A DNA stretch of 64,000 nt from Patescibacteria group bacterium (lineage in GTDB: Bacteria; Patescibacteriota; Patescibacteriia; UBA2591; JAQWAS01), in contig JAQWAS010000003.1 of the NCBI GenBank assembly GCA_028707495.1, forward strand, positions 47,711 to 111,710, written 5' to 3'. Shown one piece after another: positions 16,990 to 28,062 of the stretch (its first letter is position 1; every line of letters starts with the position of its first letter). A program made the position numbers and the translations under genes. A model generated the notes under the pieces. It was not told the origin of the DNA. It worked only from the letters and a program-made list of their open reading frames with translations, and searched no databases.

Positions 16990-18001
16990 ATATGATAATA
17001 TGATAAAAAGAATAAAGCATATGTCTCAAAAAAAACAAAAAATTGATTTATTAACTATTGGCGGTGGGGCATTAGACATCACTTTTTATTCTAATGAGGG
17101 GAAAGTTATTAAAACTTCGCAAGATTTAACTCGTCAACAATGGTTGGGTTTTGAATATGGCGCTAAGATTAGTATTAAAGATAGTTGTTTTACTTTTGGT
17201 GGCGGGGCAACTAACGTAGCTGTTGGTATTCAAAAATTAGGCTTAAAAACGGCTTGTTTGGTTAGAGTTGGCGACGATGGTTATGGTCAGCAAATTATTC
17301 AAAATTTAAAAAAACAGGGGGTGAAAATAGATTGGATTCAAAAAGATAATAAATATGGTAGTGGTTTTTCTTTTATTGTAGCTTTAAAGCAAACTGGAGA
17401 GCATGTGGCTTTTCTATATCGCGGAGCAAATAATTATTTACAAGTCACACCAAATGTTTTTAAAAAAATAAGTCCCAGTTGGGTTTTTGTTTCATCATTG
17501 AGCGGTGATAATTGGCAAGATATTTTAAAAATAATTTTTAACCCCAAAGAAACATATCAAATAGCTTGGAATCCTGGTAGTCGACAAATTTCTGCTGGTT
17601 ATAAAAAAATAAAGAAGTATTTAGAAAAAACCTCAGTTTTATTTTTAAATAAAGATGAAGCCATAGAATTGGTTTTATCTCTGGGAGTAAAAACACGAGA
17701 GATTGAAAAATTATTTAAAGAATTGTATATTCATGGCTCAAAAATTGTTGTTATTACTGATGGAGAAAATGGCGCTTATGCCTTTGATGGTCGTGAAATT
17801 TATTTTCAATCAGTTGCTAAAATTAAAGCTAAAGACACGACTGGTGCTGGAGATGCCTTGGCCTCGGGTTTTTTGAGTCAGTATATTCAGGGTGTAAATT
17901 TTAAAAAATCTTTGCAAGCCGGTACGAAAAATAGTTTTTCAGTTTTAAAACAAGTGGGAGCTCAAAACGGATTATTAACTAAAGCAGAATTAAAAATATG
18001 A
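16973..18001 (+). CDS. PfkB-family carbohydrate/nucleoside kinase (ribokinase-like). The start is ambiguous: 16973, 17000 or 17021.
   Basis: GGGATNVAVG...DTTGAGDALASGF. Confidence 0.7.
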   Translation: MCVGFKYDNMIKRIKHMSQKKQKIDLLTIGGGALDITFYSNEGKVIKTSQDLTRQQWLGFEYGAKISIKDSCFTFGGGATNVAVGIQKLGLKTACLVRVGDDGYGQQIIQNLKKQGVKIDWIQKDNKYGSGFSFIVALKQTGEHVAFLYRGANNYLQVTPNVFKKISPSWVFVSSLSGDNWQDILKIIFNPKETYQIAWNPGSRQISAGYKKIKKYLEKTSVLFLNKDEAIELVLSLGVKTREIEKLFKELYIHGSKIVVITDGENGAYAFDGREIYFQSVAKIKAKDTTGAGDALASGFLSQYIQGVNFKKSLQAGTKNSFSVLKQVGAQNGLLTKAELKI

Positions 18002-18567
18002 AAATAATTATTGAAGTTTCAGCTCGGCACGCTCATTTATGTCAAAAAGATTTAAACAAGCTTTTTGGCGATGGTTATAAATTGCACAAATTAAAACAAT
18101 TATCTCAAAAAACAGATTTTACTTGCAAAGAAACAGTCATAATTAAAACGAATCAAAGTGAATTTAAAAACGTCAGAATTATTGGGCCATTACGTGATCA
18201 AACGCAGGTTGAAGTTTCGCGAACAGATTCAATTAAACTAGGATTAAATCCGCCATTACGCTTGTCGGGCTATTTAGTGCGCACGCCTGGCGTCACTATA
18301 ATTGGACCAAAGGGAAGTGTTAAATTAAAGGAGGGAGTAATTATAGCTCAAAGACATATTCATACTGATGTTGAAAATGCTGAAAATTATAATTTAAAAA
18401 ATGGTCAAGAAGTTTCAGTGATGGTTAATTATAATAATCGTGGTTTAACTTTTCATCATGTTAAAATTAGAGTAGGCTTGGGTTATGTTTTGCGAATGCA
18501 TATTGACACTGATGAGGGCAATGCAGCTGGGATTGATAAAATCGGAGAGGGAATTATTGTTGAATAA
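17998..18567 (+). CDS. PduL/EutD-type phosphate acyltransferase (phosphotransacetylase-like)
   Basis: Two PduL repeats with ARHAH and AQRHIH motifs. Confidence 0.75.
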   Translation: MKIIIEVSARHAHLCQKDLNKLFGDGYKLHKLKQLSQKTDFTCKETVIIKTNQSEFKNVRIIGPLRDQTQVEVSRTDSIKLGLNPPLRLSGYLVRTPGVTIIGPKGSVKLKEGVIIAQRHIHTDVENAENYNLKNGQEVSVMVNYNNRGLTFHHVKIRVGLGYVLRMHIDTDEGNAAGIDKIGEGIIVE

Positions 18568-18611
18568 GTTAATTTAATTTTTTAATATTAGTATTTAGGA
18601 TTTATAAATTT

Positions 18612-19652
18612 ATGGATATATTTTCAATTATTATTATTTTAATTTTAATCGCTGGTTTTACAGCGCTTTTTTGGCAATTTAAAAAAAATCAACAACCAGA
18701 GGAAAAACCAGAATCAATGTTATTATTACAAAATCAACTAAGTGAGATGCGCAAAGAAGTTGATGGTAAATTAAGTGAATCAAGTCGTCAAATGCAGAAT
18801 CAGTTTACCCAAAGTTTAAATGTAATTAAAGGTGTAACTGAAAAGGTGGTTGAGTTGCAGGAAACAAATAAACAAGTTGTGGGTTTCACTGAACAATTAA
18901 AAAATTTAGAAAAGGTTTTAACCAATTCAAAGAATCGTGGTTCTTTGGGAGAAGCTGGATTAGAAATGATTTTAAATAATATTTTACCACCCCAAGCTTT
19001 TGAAATGCAGTATCACTTTAAAAACGGTGAAGCAGTCGATGCGGTTGTTAAAATTAAAGATAATTTATTGCCAGTTGATGCTAAATTTTCTTTAGAAAAT
19101 TATCGGCGCATTATTGATGAGACAGATCCGGAAAAGAAAAGTTTATTAGAAAAATCTTTTAAAGATGATTTAAAAAAACGCATTGATGAAACTGCTAAAT
19201 ATATTCGTCCACAAGAGGGGACACTTGATTTTGCTTTTATGTATATTCCAGCTGAAGGAATTTATTATGATTTATTAGTTAATGAGGTAGGTTCAATTAA
19301 AGCCAATACGCGTAGTTTAATTGATTATGCGTTTAATGAAAGAAAGGTTGTTATTGTTTCGCCAACGACCTTTGCTGCTTATTTACAAACTGTACTTCAG
19401 GGTTTGCGGGCTTTAAAAATAGAAAAAGATGCTAAAGAAATTCAAAAAAATGTTGAAAAATTACAAAAACATCTTTTAGCTTATGATGAGTATTTTAAAA
19501 AAGTTGGCAATAATTTAGCGACAACCGTCAATGCTTATAATTCAGCTGACAAGGAATTACAAAAGATTGATAAAGATGTGGTTAAAATCACGGGAGGAGA
19601 AAGTCAAGCTGAAATTTTACAACTTGATAAACCTAAATTAAAAGAGGAATAA
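18612..19652 (+). CDS. rmuC: DNA recombination protein RmuC
   Basis: N-terminal TM helix, coiled coil, RmuC core SLGEAGLEMILNNILP. Confidence 0.75.
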   Translation: MDIFSIIIILILIAGFTALFWQFKKNQQPEEKPESMLLLQNQLSEMRKEVDGKLSESSRQMQNQFTQSLNVIKGVTEKVVELQETNKQVVGFTEQLKNLEKVLTNSKNRGSLGEAGLEMILNNILPPQAFEMQYHFKNGEAVDAVVKIKDNLLPVDAKFSLENYRRIIDETDPEKKSLLEKSFKDDLKKRIDETAKYIRPQEGTLDFAFMYIPAEGIYYDLLVNEVGSIKANTRSLIDYAFNERKVVIVSPTTFAAYLQTVLQGLRALKIEKDAKEIQKNVEKLQKHLLAYDEYFKKVGNNLATTVNAYNSADKELQKIDKDVVKITGGESQAEILQLDKPKLKEE

Positions 19653-19680
19653 AAAATAGTTTTAAAACAATAAAAATAAA

Positions 19681-19710
19681 AAAGGACTCCACCTGGAGTC
19701 ACTTTTTTCG
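19681..19710. terminator. Bidirectional terminator between rmuC and the SBBP gene (AAAAAGGACTCCAcctGGAGTCACTTTTTT)
   Basis: A hairpin with A/T runs on both sides. Confidence 0.7.
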
Positions 19711-19714
19711 ATTT

Positions 19715-21316
19715 TTATTTAATGAGCACTAATTTACGACTGGTTGTTGTATTGCCAGTTTGGATTTCGGCATAATATATACCAGAAGGAACTAATTGAC
19801 CGTTTTGATCGGTCGCATTCCAGACAATTTGTCCTTGTTGATTTGCGTTTTTGAAGGCTTTGATCTTTCGACCACTAACATTGTATATGTCGATAGATAT
19901 TCCTTGATTGGTTGGAATGGAGTAGGAGATGTAGATTGATGAGTTAAATGGGTTGGGACAGGTATTGACTGAAAATTTTTGTGGTTTAATATTTTGGATT
20001 ATTCCCGTTTCTGAAGAGAGTTTAACTATCCAACAATCACTATTGCCATGGTTTCCGCTTACATCGCCATTAACGGATCCAGAATAGCCCGTTATAATAT
20101 AGTTATTATCAGCTACTTGTTGGACAGAATATGCAAAGTCCTCTCCATATCCGCCCAAACAACGTTGCCATTCGATCGAACCTGATGAGTTAAGTTTAAG
20201 TAACCAATAATCACTATGACCGTGGTTTCCGCTCACGTCGCCATCGTTGGATCCGGTATAACCTATCACAATATATCCATTATCAGTTGTCTGCCGGATA
20301 GATTGCATAAATTCACTATGGCTTCCGCCATAACAACGCTGCCATTCGATCGAACCTGATGAGTTAAGTTTAAGTAACCAATAATCAGTATAACCATGGT
20401 TTCCGTTCACGTCGCCATCATTAGAAAAAGTATAACCCGCCACGATGTAGCCCTTGTCATATGTTTGTTGAACAGAGGAGGCTTTATCAATATCACTTCC
20501 ACCATAACAACGCTGCCATTCGATTAAGCCCAATGAATCGATTTTGACTATCCAACAATCAGTATAACCATGGTTTCCACTCACGTCACCATCATTGGAA
20601 TTGGAGCTTCCTGATATGATATATCCACCATCACGTGTTTGCTGGATAGAAGATCCATAATCGTGATTACTTCCGCCCAAACAACGTTGCCATTCGATTG
20701 AGCCCAATGAATCGATTTTGACCATCCATAAATCATAGGCTCCATGATTACCACTCACGTCACCATCATTAGAAAAAGTATGACCTGCCACGATGTAGCC
20801 CTTGTCATGTGTTTGTTGAACAGAGAAGGCTTCATCAATATTACTTCCGCCCAAACAACGCTGCCATTCGATTGAGCCCAATGAATCGATTTTGACTATC
20901 CAACAATCAGTATAACCATGGTTTCCACTCACGTCACCATCATTGGAATTGGAGTTTCCTGATATGATATATCCACCATCACATGTTTGTTGGATAGAAG
21001 ATCCATAATCGCGGTTACTTCCTCCATAACAACGCTGCCATTCGATTGAGCCCAATGAATCGATTTTGACTATCCAACAATCAGTAATGCCGTGATGTCC
21101 GCTCACGTCACCATCATTGGAATTGGAGTTTCCTGATATGATATATCCACCATCACATGTTTGTTGGATAGAGGATCCGTTGTCACTATTACTTCCTCCA
21201 TAACAACGTTGCCATTCGATTGTTGTCTGGGCAAAACACAAGCCCACAAAGGTGAGTAAAAAACTCACCAAGATCAACATCTTTTTCATTTTTCCTCCCA
21301 AATTTTTAAGTTGCAA
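19715..21316 (-). CDS. Secreted SBBP-type beta-propeller repeat protein with a T9SS-type C-terminal sorting domain (Por_Secre_tail-like)
   Basis: Signal peptide. Seven or more roughly 50-aa repeats, IEWQRCYGGSN.D.GSSIQQT.DGGYIISG.SNSNDGDVSGNHG.TDCWIVKIDSLGS, with near-identical DNA copies. The C-terminus ...SGIYYAEIQTGNTTTSRKLVLIK fits the T9SS CTD. Confidence 0.7.
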   Translation of the reverse strand: MQLKNLGGKMKKMLILVSFLLTFVGLCFAQTTIEWQRCYGGSNSDNGSSIQQTCDGGYIISGNSNSNDGDVSGHHGITDCWIVKIDSLGSIEWQRCYGGSNRDYGSSIQQTCDGGYIISGNSNSNDGDVSGNHGYTDCWIVKIDSLGSIEWQRCLGGSNIDEAFSVQQTHDKGYIVAGHTFSNDGDVSGNHGAYDLWMVKIDSLGSIEWQRCLGGSNHDYGSSIQQTRDGGYIISGSSNSNDGDVSGNHGYTDCWIVKIDSLGLIEWQRCYGGSDIDKASSVQQTYDKGYIVAGYTFSNDGDVNGNHGYTDYWLLKLNSSGSIEWQRCYGGSHSEFMQSIRQTTDNGYIVIGYTGSNDGDVSGNHGHSDYWLLKLNSSGSIEWQRCLGGYGEDFAYSVQQVADNNYIITGYSGSVNGDVSGNHGNSDCWIVKLSSETGIIQNIKPQKFSVNTCPNPFNSSIYISYSIPTNQGISIDIYNVSGRKIKAFKNANQQGQIVWNATDQNGQLVPSGIYYAEIQTGNTTTSRKLVLIK

Positions 21317-21465
21317 TTGACTTTTTGTTTGTGTTATTATCTTAGTACATGTTTATGAACTTGTCAAGGGTAGAGGTGTTATTGCGATGACCCCGCCTCT
21401 TGCGAGAGGCGGAGGATGCGGCAATCCCGTTGTTAAATTGTTATTCTGGCAGGTCGCACCTGCCA

Positions 21466-21560
21466 GCTGGCAATTGATAAAGACGTGATTAAAATAACAG
21501 ACGGCGAAGGTAATTTTGAAACTTTACAATTAGATAAACCTAAAATAAAAGAAGAGTAAT
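21466..21560 (+). pseudogene. Diverged duplicate of the rmuC 3' end (encoding ...DVIKITDGEGNFETLQLDKPKIKEE*). A copy of the rmuC terminator follows at about 21587-21615.
   Basis: About 75-80% nucleotide identity to 19569-19652. The terminator stem GGGGCTCCAcaaGGAGTCCC parallels the one at 19681. Confidence 0.6.
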
Positions 21561-21626
21561 CTAAAAAACAAAATAGAAAATAAAAAAAGGGGCTCCACAA
21601 GGAGTCCCTTTCTGGTTGAGGACGAT

Positions 21627-22037
21627 TTATTCGTCCGAAGCTTCAGCATCTTCAAATTCGCCGAGTTTCTGAAGAGTCGTTGTCATAAACTTAGTCTTTG
21701 GCGTAGCTAATTCGTAAAGTATAGCCCATTCTTCAAGAGAGGATGCCCTTTCGGCCATTTCTTCTAAAGCTCTTTTTTGGAACCTTGAGCCTTTATTAGA
21801 ATGTTTGTGTATAAGATGCCATTGTTTAAAGGTTTCCGCTTTCTCGGTCATTCTTCGAAGAGCTAGAGCTATGAGGTCGGCTGCAAGTTGTGAAGATGGA
21901 TAAATTTTTTCACAAATTATTAACCAATCGTCGAAAGATTTTAGTTTTTTTCTTATTTCATCTTCTGTAATTTTATTAGCTAAATAACGAGCAATTAAAG
22001 CTGGAATTTTGCCAATCAATTTTTCCAGAGCTAACAC
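21627..22037 (-). CDS. Hypothetical alpha-helical protein. GC is higher than in its neighbours.
   Basis: Track ORF. Its promoter and 5'UTR are about 75% identical to those of the SBBP gene. Confidence 0.45.
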   Translation of the reverse strand: MLALEKLIGKIPALIARYLANKITEDEIRKKLKSFDDWLIICEKIYPSSQLAADLIALALRRMTEKAETFKQWHLIHKHSNKGSRFQKRALEEMAERASSLEEWAILYELATPKTKFMTTTLQKLGEFEDAEASDE

Positions 22038-22430
22038 AATATCTCCTTTTTTAAGTTGCGATTGTTTTTTGTTTGTATTGTCATCTTAGCGTTTTGTTGT
22101 AAACATGTCAAGAGTTGGGTGAATAGTTTGATCATCCCTTCTGACCGCCGAATCGTTTGCCAGCTGACCCGTCAGTAGACAGGATTCAGCGTTAAACGTT
22201 TCTCTCGCCGTCATTCCTGGCTCCCGCCCGCTGGCGGGCAGGTGACCGGGAATCCAGGGTAAAAAATAAGTATTTTATTTTAGAATAAGTATTGTTAAAT
22301 CTAAAAAGTATTTTTTAAAGCAAAATATCTATTAGCTAACCTTGGATCCCCACTTTCGTGAGGATGACGGAAAGAGAAGTGGGATGACTTTCCTACTCTT
22401 GACCTATTTTGAAGCTATGCTATAATATAA

Positions 22431-22457
22431 TTAGCACTCTAAGTAAGAGAGTGCTAA
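22431..22457 (+). promoter_or_regulatory. CIRCE operator (TTAGCACTC-N9-GAGTGCTAA), overlapping a sigma-A promoter (TTGACC 22399-22404, TATAAT 22421-22426)
   Basis: A perfect match to the CIRCE consensus directly upstream of hrcA. Confidence 0.9.
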
Positions 22458-22473
22458 AAGGAAATATAAAATT

Positions 22474-23163
22474 ATGGATCAAGAAAAAATGGCTTTATTG
22501 AGCCAAATAATTGCAGAACATATTCACAGCGCCAAACCAGTAGCGTCGCAGTTGATTGTGGATAAGTATGGTTTAAAAATGAGTTCAGCCACAATTCGCA
22601 ACCGAATGGCTGAATTAGAAGAGGAAGGTTATCTAACTCATCCATATACTTCAGGCGGAAGAATCCCGACCATCAAGGGTTATGATTTTTATATTAAAAA
22701 TTTGTTAGAAATTAAAAAAATTTCCAGTAAAGAAAAACAAGTTTTGGAAAAAATTAAAACAGATTTTCAAGATCAACGGGAAATTTTAAAAAATTTAGCT
22801 AAGGGTTTGGCAGAATTTTCACAGGGTTTAGTCTTTATTGCTTTTAAACCCTTAGATTTTTATTATACTGGTGTCGCTAATTTATTTAGCCAAGTCGAAT
22901 TTAGAGAATATAATTTAGTTTGTAATTTATCAGAAGTTATTGATCACTTTGATGAAGTTTTAGAAAATATTTTTGATCAGGTCACTGAACAGCCACAAAT
23001 TTTAATTGGTAATCAAAATCCCTTCGGTGAGGCTTGCGGTACGATTATTACAAAATATAATTTTAATTGCAACGATAGTTTGTTGGGAATTTTAGGGCCG
23101 ATGCGAATGGATTATGGTAAAAATTTAGGTTTAATTAAATATATCCAAGAGTTAATTAAATAA
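22474..23163 (+). CDS. hrcA: Heat-inducible transcription repressor HrcA, short at 229 aa
   Basis: N-terminal wHTH: QLIVDKYGLKMSSATIRNRMAELEEEGYLTHPYTSGGRIPT. Confidence 0.75.
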   Translation: MDQEKMALLSQIIAEHIHSAKPVASQLIVDKYGLKMSSATIRNRMAELEEEGYLTHPYTSGGRIPTIKGYDFYIKNLLEIKKISSKEKQVLEKIKTDFQDQREILKNLAKGLAEFSQGLVFIAFKPLDFYYTGVANLFSQVEFREYNLVCNLSEVIDHFDEVLENIFDQVTEQPQILIGNQNPFGEACGTIITKYNFNCNDSLLGILGPMRMDYGKNLGLIKYIQELIK

Positions 23164-23167
23164 TCTT

Positions 23168-23668
23168 ATGTCAAAAAAAGATAAATTATCAGTAGGGGTA
23201 GTGGATAAAGAATTACAACAGCAGATTAATGAATTAAAACAACAAGTCGAAGAAAATTTAAACGGCTGGAAAAGAGCTCAGGCAGATTATCAAAATTTAC
23301 AAAATGATTTTAATAAACAAAAATCGAGTTTAATCGAATTTGCCAATTTGGGTTTGATTATGGATTTATTGCCAATTTATGATAATTTTTTGAAAGCCAT
23401 GGAACATCTTCCGGTAGAGCAACAAGCGAGTGATTGGGTGATTGGTATTACCCATATTAAAAATCAATTACAAAATTTATTAAAAGAAAAACAAGTTGAA
23501 CCGATTCAATCGGTGGGAGAAAAATTTAATCCGGAATTGCACGAAGCGATTGGTCAAGAAGAACACGTGGATTTAGAAGATGAAATTATTGTTAAAGAGA
23601 TTCAAGCTGGTTATACTTTAAAAAATAAAGTTATTCGTCCAGCTAAGGTGATTGTTAATCAAAAATAA
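23168..23668 (+). CDS. grpE: Nucleotide exchange factor GrpE
   Basis: WKRAQADYQNLQND...coiled coil...four-helix bundle core. Confidence 0.85.
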   Translation: MSKKDKLSVGVVDKELQQQINELKQQVEENLNGWKRAQADYQNLQNDFNKQKSSLIEFANLGLIMDLLPIYDNFLKAMEHLPVEQQASDWVIGITHIKNQLQNLLKEKQVEPIQSVGEKFNPELHEAIGQEEHVDLEDEIIVKEIQAGYTLKNKVIRPAKVIVNQK

Positions 23669-23673
23669 ATCGC

Positions 23674-23797
23674 TGTCATTCTAAAGTGGATCCGCCAGCT
23701 GGCGGACGATTCGGCAGGCGGAACGATAGAATCCTGAGGGCAGATCTCTAAAACAATGGGATTCTATCGCTCCATTTCATTCCGCTCCAGAATGACC
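23674..23797. mobile_element. MITE-like element, variant A: termini TGTCATTCT...AGAATGAC, with internal palindromes
   Basis: Internal palindromes are CCGCCAGCTGGCGG and GATAGAATCC...GGATTCTATC. Confidence 0.5.
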
Positions 23798-23808
23798 GGT
23801 TTAAAAAG

Positions 23809-23930
23809 TGTCATCCTGAATTTATTTCAGGATCTGAAATCAGAATAAACGTTTCTTTAAAAAAGACACTCTAAGTGCCAACAGATTCTGAAACATCCTC
23901 CGATTTGGCGGACTAGAGTTCAGAATGACA
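23809..23930. mobile_element. MITE-like element, family B, about 122 bp: TGTCATCCTGAATTTATTTCAGGATC ... AGATTCTGAAACATCCTCCGATTTGGCGGACTAGAGTTCAGAATGACA
   Basis: A near-identical copy lies at 47443-47564 and a more diverged one at 34573-34674. Three tandem TTCAGRATGRCA motifs follow at 23920-23990. Confidence 0.65.
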
Positions 23931-24086
23931 GTTGTTTGTTCAGAATGGCAGTTGTCGGTTCAGGATGACAAGGAGTTATTTTAGGACGACAAAGGGTGGA
24001 TTTTTAATAATATTTTAATAAATAAAAAAATTAATTTTATTCGAACTAGCTCAAAGACATTTAAAGTCGGAGACTAGCGTCGAATC

Positions 24087-24527
24087 ATGATATCTATGTC
24101 AATAATCAAATGGAGGCCCATGTTCCCATTTTGGGATGAGGAAGACAAGCTTTTTGAAGACTTAACTCCAAGTCTTTATTCAAATGCTCAAAATTTTGTG
24201 CCAGCCATAGACGTTTATCAGACCAAAGACGATGTCGTGGTTGAAACTGCTTTGAGTGGAGTTAAGCCCGAGGATGTAGAAATTTCAATTGAAAATGATG
24301 TTTTAACTATCAAGGGTCAAGCAAAAAAAGAAACTGAAATTGATGAAAAAAATTATTACCGAAAAGAAATGCGCACTGGTAGTTTTCATCGTTCGGTAGT
24401 TTTACCAACACATGTTATTTCAGATAAGGCCGAGGCTACGTCCAAAGATGGCGTTTTAAAAATCGCTATTCCTAAAGCGCCTGAAAGCAAAATCAAAACT
24501 ATCAAAGTTAAAGTAGAAAAAAAATAA
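24087..24527 (+). CDS. Hsp20/alpha-crystallin small heat-shock protein. The start may be the internal ATG near 24120.
   Basis: VPAIDVYQTKDDVVVETALSGVKPEDVEISIENDVLTIKGQ. Confidence 0.8.
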   Translation: MISMSIIKWRPMFPFWDEEDKLFEDLTPSLYSNAQNFVPAIDVYQTKDDVVVETALSGVKPEDVEISIENDVLTIKGQAKKETEIDEKNYYRKEMRTGSFHRSVVLPTHVISDKAEATSKDGVLKIAIPKAPESKIKTIKVKVEKK

Positions 24528-24625
24528 ATTGTCATTATCCAAGTAATCTCATTTGATGGGATTACTTTGGGCTAGTAAATTAAAATTTAATTTACTAACC
24601 CGAAGTAAAATTAACTAATTATTAA

Positions 24626-26563
<1,938 letters not shown>

Positions 26564-26590
26564 AAGAGATAAAATAATTAAATTTACCAT

Positions 26591-26887
26591 ATGCAAAATC
26601 AACAACCACAACCGAATAAACAAATTAAACTAGCCGACAATATTCCGGGTGCGGAATATGCCAACATTATGCAAGTTTCGCACACCAAAGAAGAGTTTAT
26701 GCTGATGTTTGCCAATATCGCTGGACCATCTGGCAGAGTTGTAAGTAAAGTCATTACTTCGCCTGGCCACATGAAACGTATTGTAGCGGCTTTGCAAGAA
26801 AATTTGAAAAAATATGAAGACAGCTTTGGTCAGATAGAAAAAGCTGATTCGCCCAACACTGAAATGGGCTTTGGCGCTCGCGATTAA
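26591..26887 (+). CDS. Conserved small protein of unknown function, possibly DUF3467-like
   Basis: Q-rich N-terminus, ...PGAEYANIMQVSHTKEEFMLMF.... The family assignment is from memory only. Confidence 0.4.
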   Translation: MQNQQPQPNKQIKLADNIPGAEYANIMQVSHTKEEFMLMFANIAGPSGRVVSKVITSPGHMKRIVAALQENLKKYEDSFGQIEKADSPNTEMGFGARD

Positions 26888-26907
26888 AATTATAAAAAAT
26901 AAAAAAT

Positions 26908-28044
26908 ATGGAAAACAACCATGAAAAATCTTTTTTAGTTTATCAACCTGAAAATAAAGATTTATCACCAGAAAAAGTGCAATTAGAAATTGAGTCTTTA
27001 GGTTTAAATATTCAAGAAATTTTAGAATTAAAAGCACAAACTTTGGAAAACATACAACAAGACACTCAATCTCAAGATTCAATGAACGTTAAAGATCGTA
27101 GAGCCAAGCAAGGTGAAAGATTTGTTGATTTTAAAGAAAAAGAAAATATCAGACAAGTAGATTTGGTTGAAACTAAAAAAGGTTTTTATTTTGAATATCG
27201 TAATTCAAAGGGCGAAAAACAAGTTGTTTCTGAATCGGAAATGATTACAGATATGGAGTGGGGAGTTTATTATGATTTAAATCATCAAATTGTTTCAAAA
27301 GAAATTTATCAAAAATATAATACTTGGCGTGAAAAATATACTCAAGCTTATTTTGATAAATTAGTTCGTGATAAAAAAGATAGACAACTTATTTTACAAA
27401 GATTGTTTGTTGACAATGTTGGTCAGCAAGATTTATATTTAGCCCAAGCTTATGAATCATTATTAGAAGGCAAAGATGAACGCAAGGCTGGTTTTGTTTT
27501 TGAAAAAATGATTCAATCAACTTTGAAAAAAATTAGCTTAGATCTGGGAGAAGAATGGGGATTAGAATATATTGAAGCTGACGTAGTTGATGATGTAGAA
27601 TTTAAAACTGACTGTATTTTAAAAATTGAAGATAAGCATCATCGTGCAACTGGGGTTGAAGAGATAAGTTCAGATACAAAACGCAAAGGTATTCAATTAA
27701 CTCTTAAAAAATCTGGGCAAAAAGAATTTGATGATAAAAAGAGACAAGTCGAAAGCGTTAAAAAGAAATTACATCAGCATGGATTAAGCCAAGAAATGTT
27801 GCCGATTGATGATTTAGTTTTATTATCGGTTGATGTAGACAATCCTGAAATTATGGATAAATATAATCAGTGGCAAAAGGATCACCAAAAATCCGGTGGT
27901 CCAGAAAAAATATTTAAGCCACAGCGGTTGATGGAAATTTTGTCAGGTATTTTTCAGGATTCGGCCTTGGATTTTAATCAGAACGATGAATTTAAAAAAG
28001 TTTTATTAGATTATTTTGATAAACAAGGTTACGGTAAAAATTAA
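26908..28044 (+). CDS. Hypothetical acidic protein lying between dnaK and dnaJ
   Basis: Track ORF of 378 aa. No motif recognised. Confidence 0.4.
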   Translation: MENNHEKSFLVYQPENKDLSPEKVQLEIESLGLNIQEILELKAQTLENIQQDTQSQDSMNVKDRRAKQGERFVDFKEKENIRQVDLVETKKGFYFEYRNSKGEKQVVSESEMITDMEWGVYYDLNHQIVSKEIYQKYNTWREKYTQAYFDKLVRDKKDRQLILQRLFVDNVGQQDLYLAQAYESLLEGKDERKAGFVFEKMIQSTLKKISLDLGEEWGLEYIEADVVDDVEFKTDCILKIEDKHHRATGVEEISSDTKRKGIQLTLKKSGQKEFDDKKRQVESVKKKLHQHGLSQEMLPIDDLVLLSVDVDNPEIMDKYNQWQKDHQKSGGPEKIFKPQRLMEILSGIFQDSALDFNQNDEFKKVLLDYFDKQGYGKN

Positions 28045-28062
28045 AAATTATTTAAAATAAAA

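Noticed and set aside
19715-21316. Reading the T9SS-type C-terminal domain as evidence that the contig is from Bacteroidota
   Set aside because: All the other gene content argues against a Bacteroidota backbone: PduL, compact aaRSs, lysine tails, TAA bias, the CIRCE/hrcA system and missing murE. The CTD-bearing gene is local, GC-atypical and sits in a cassette-like pocket, so acquisition is the better reading.
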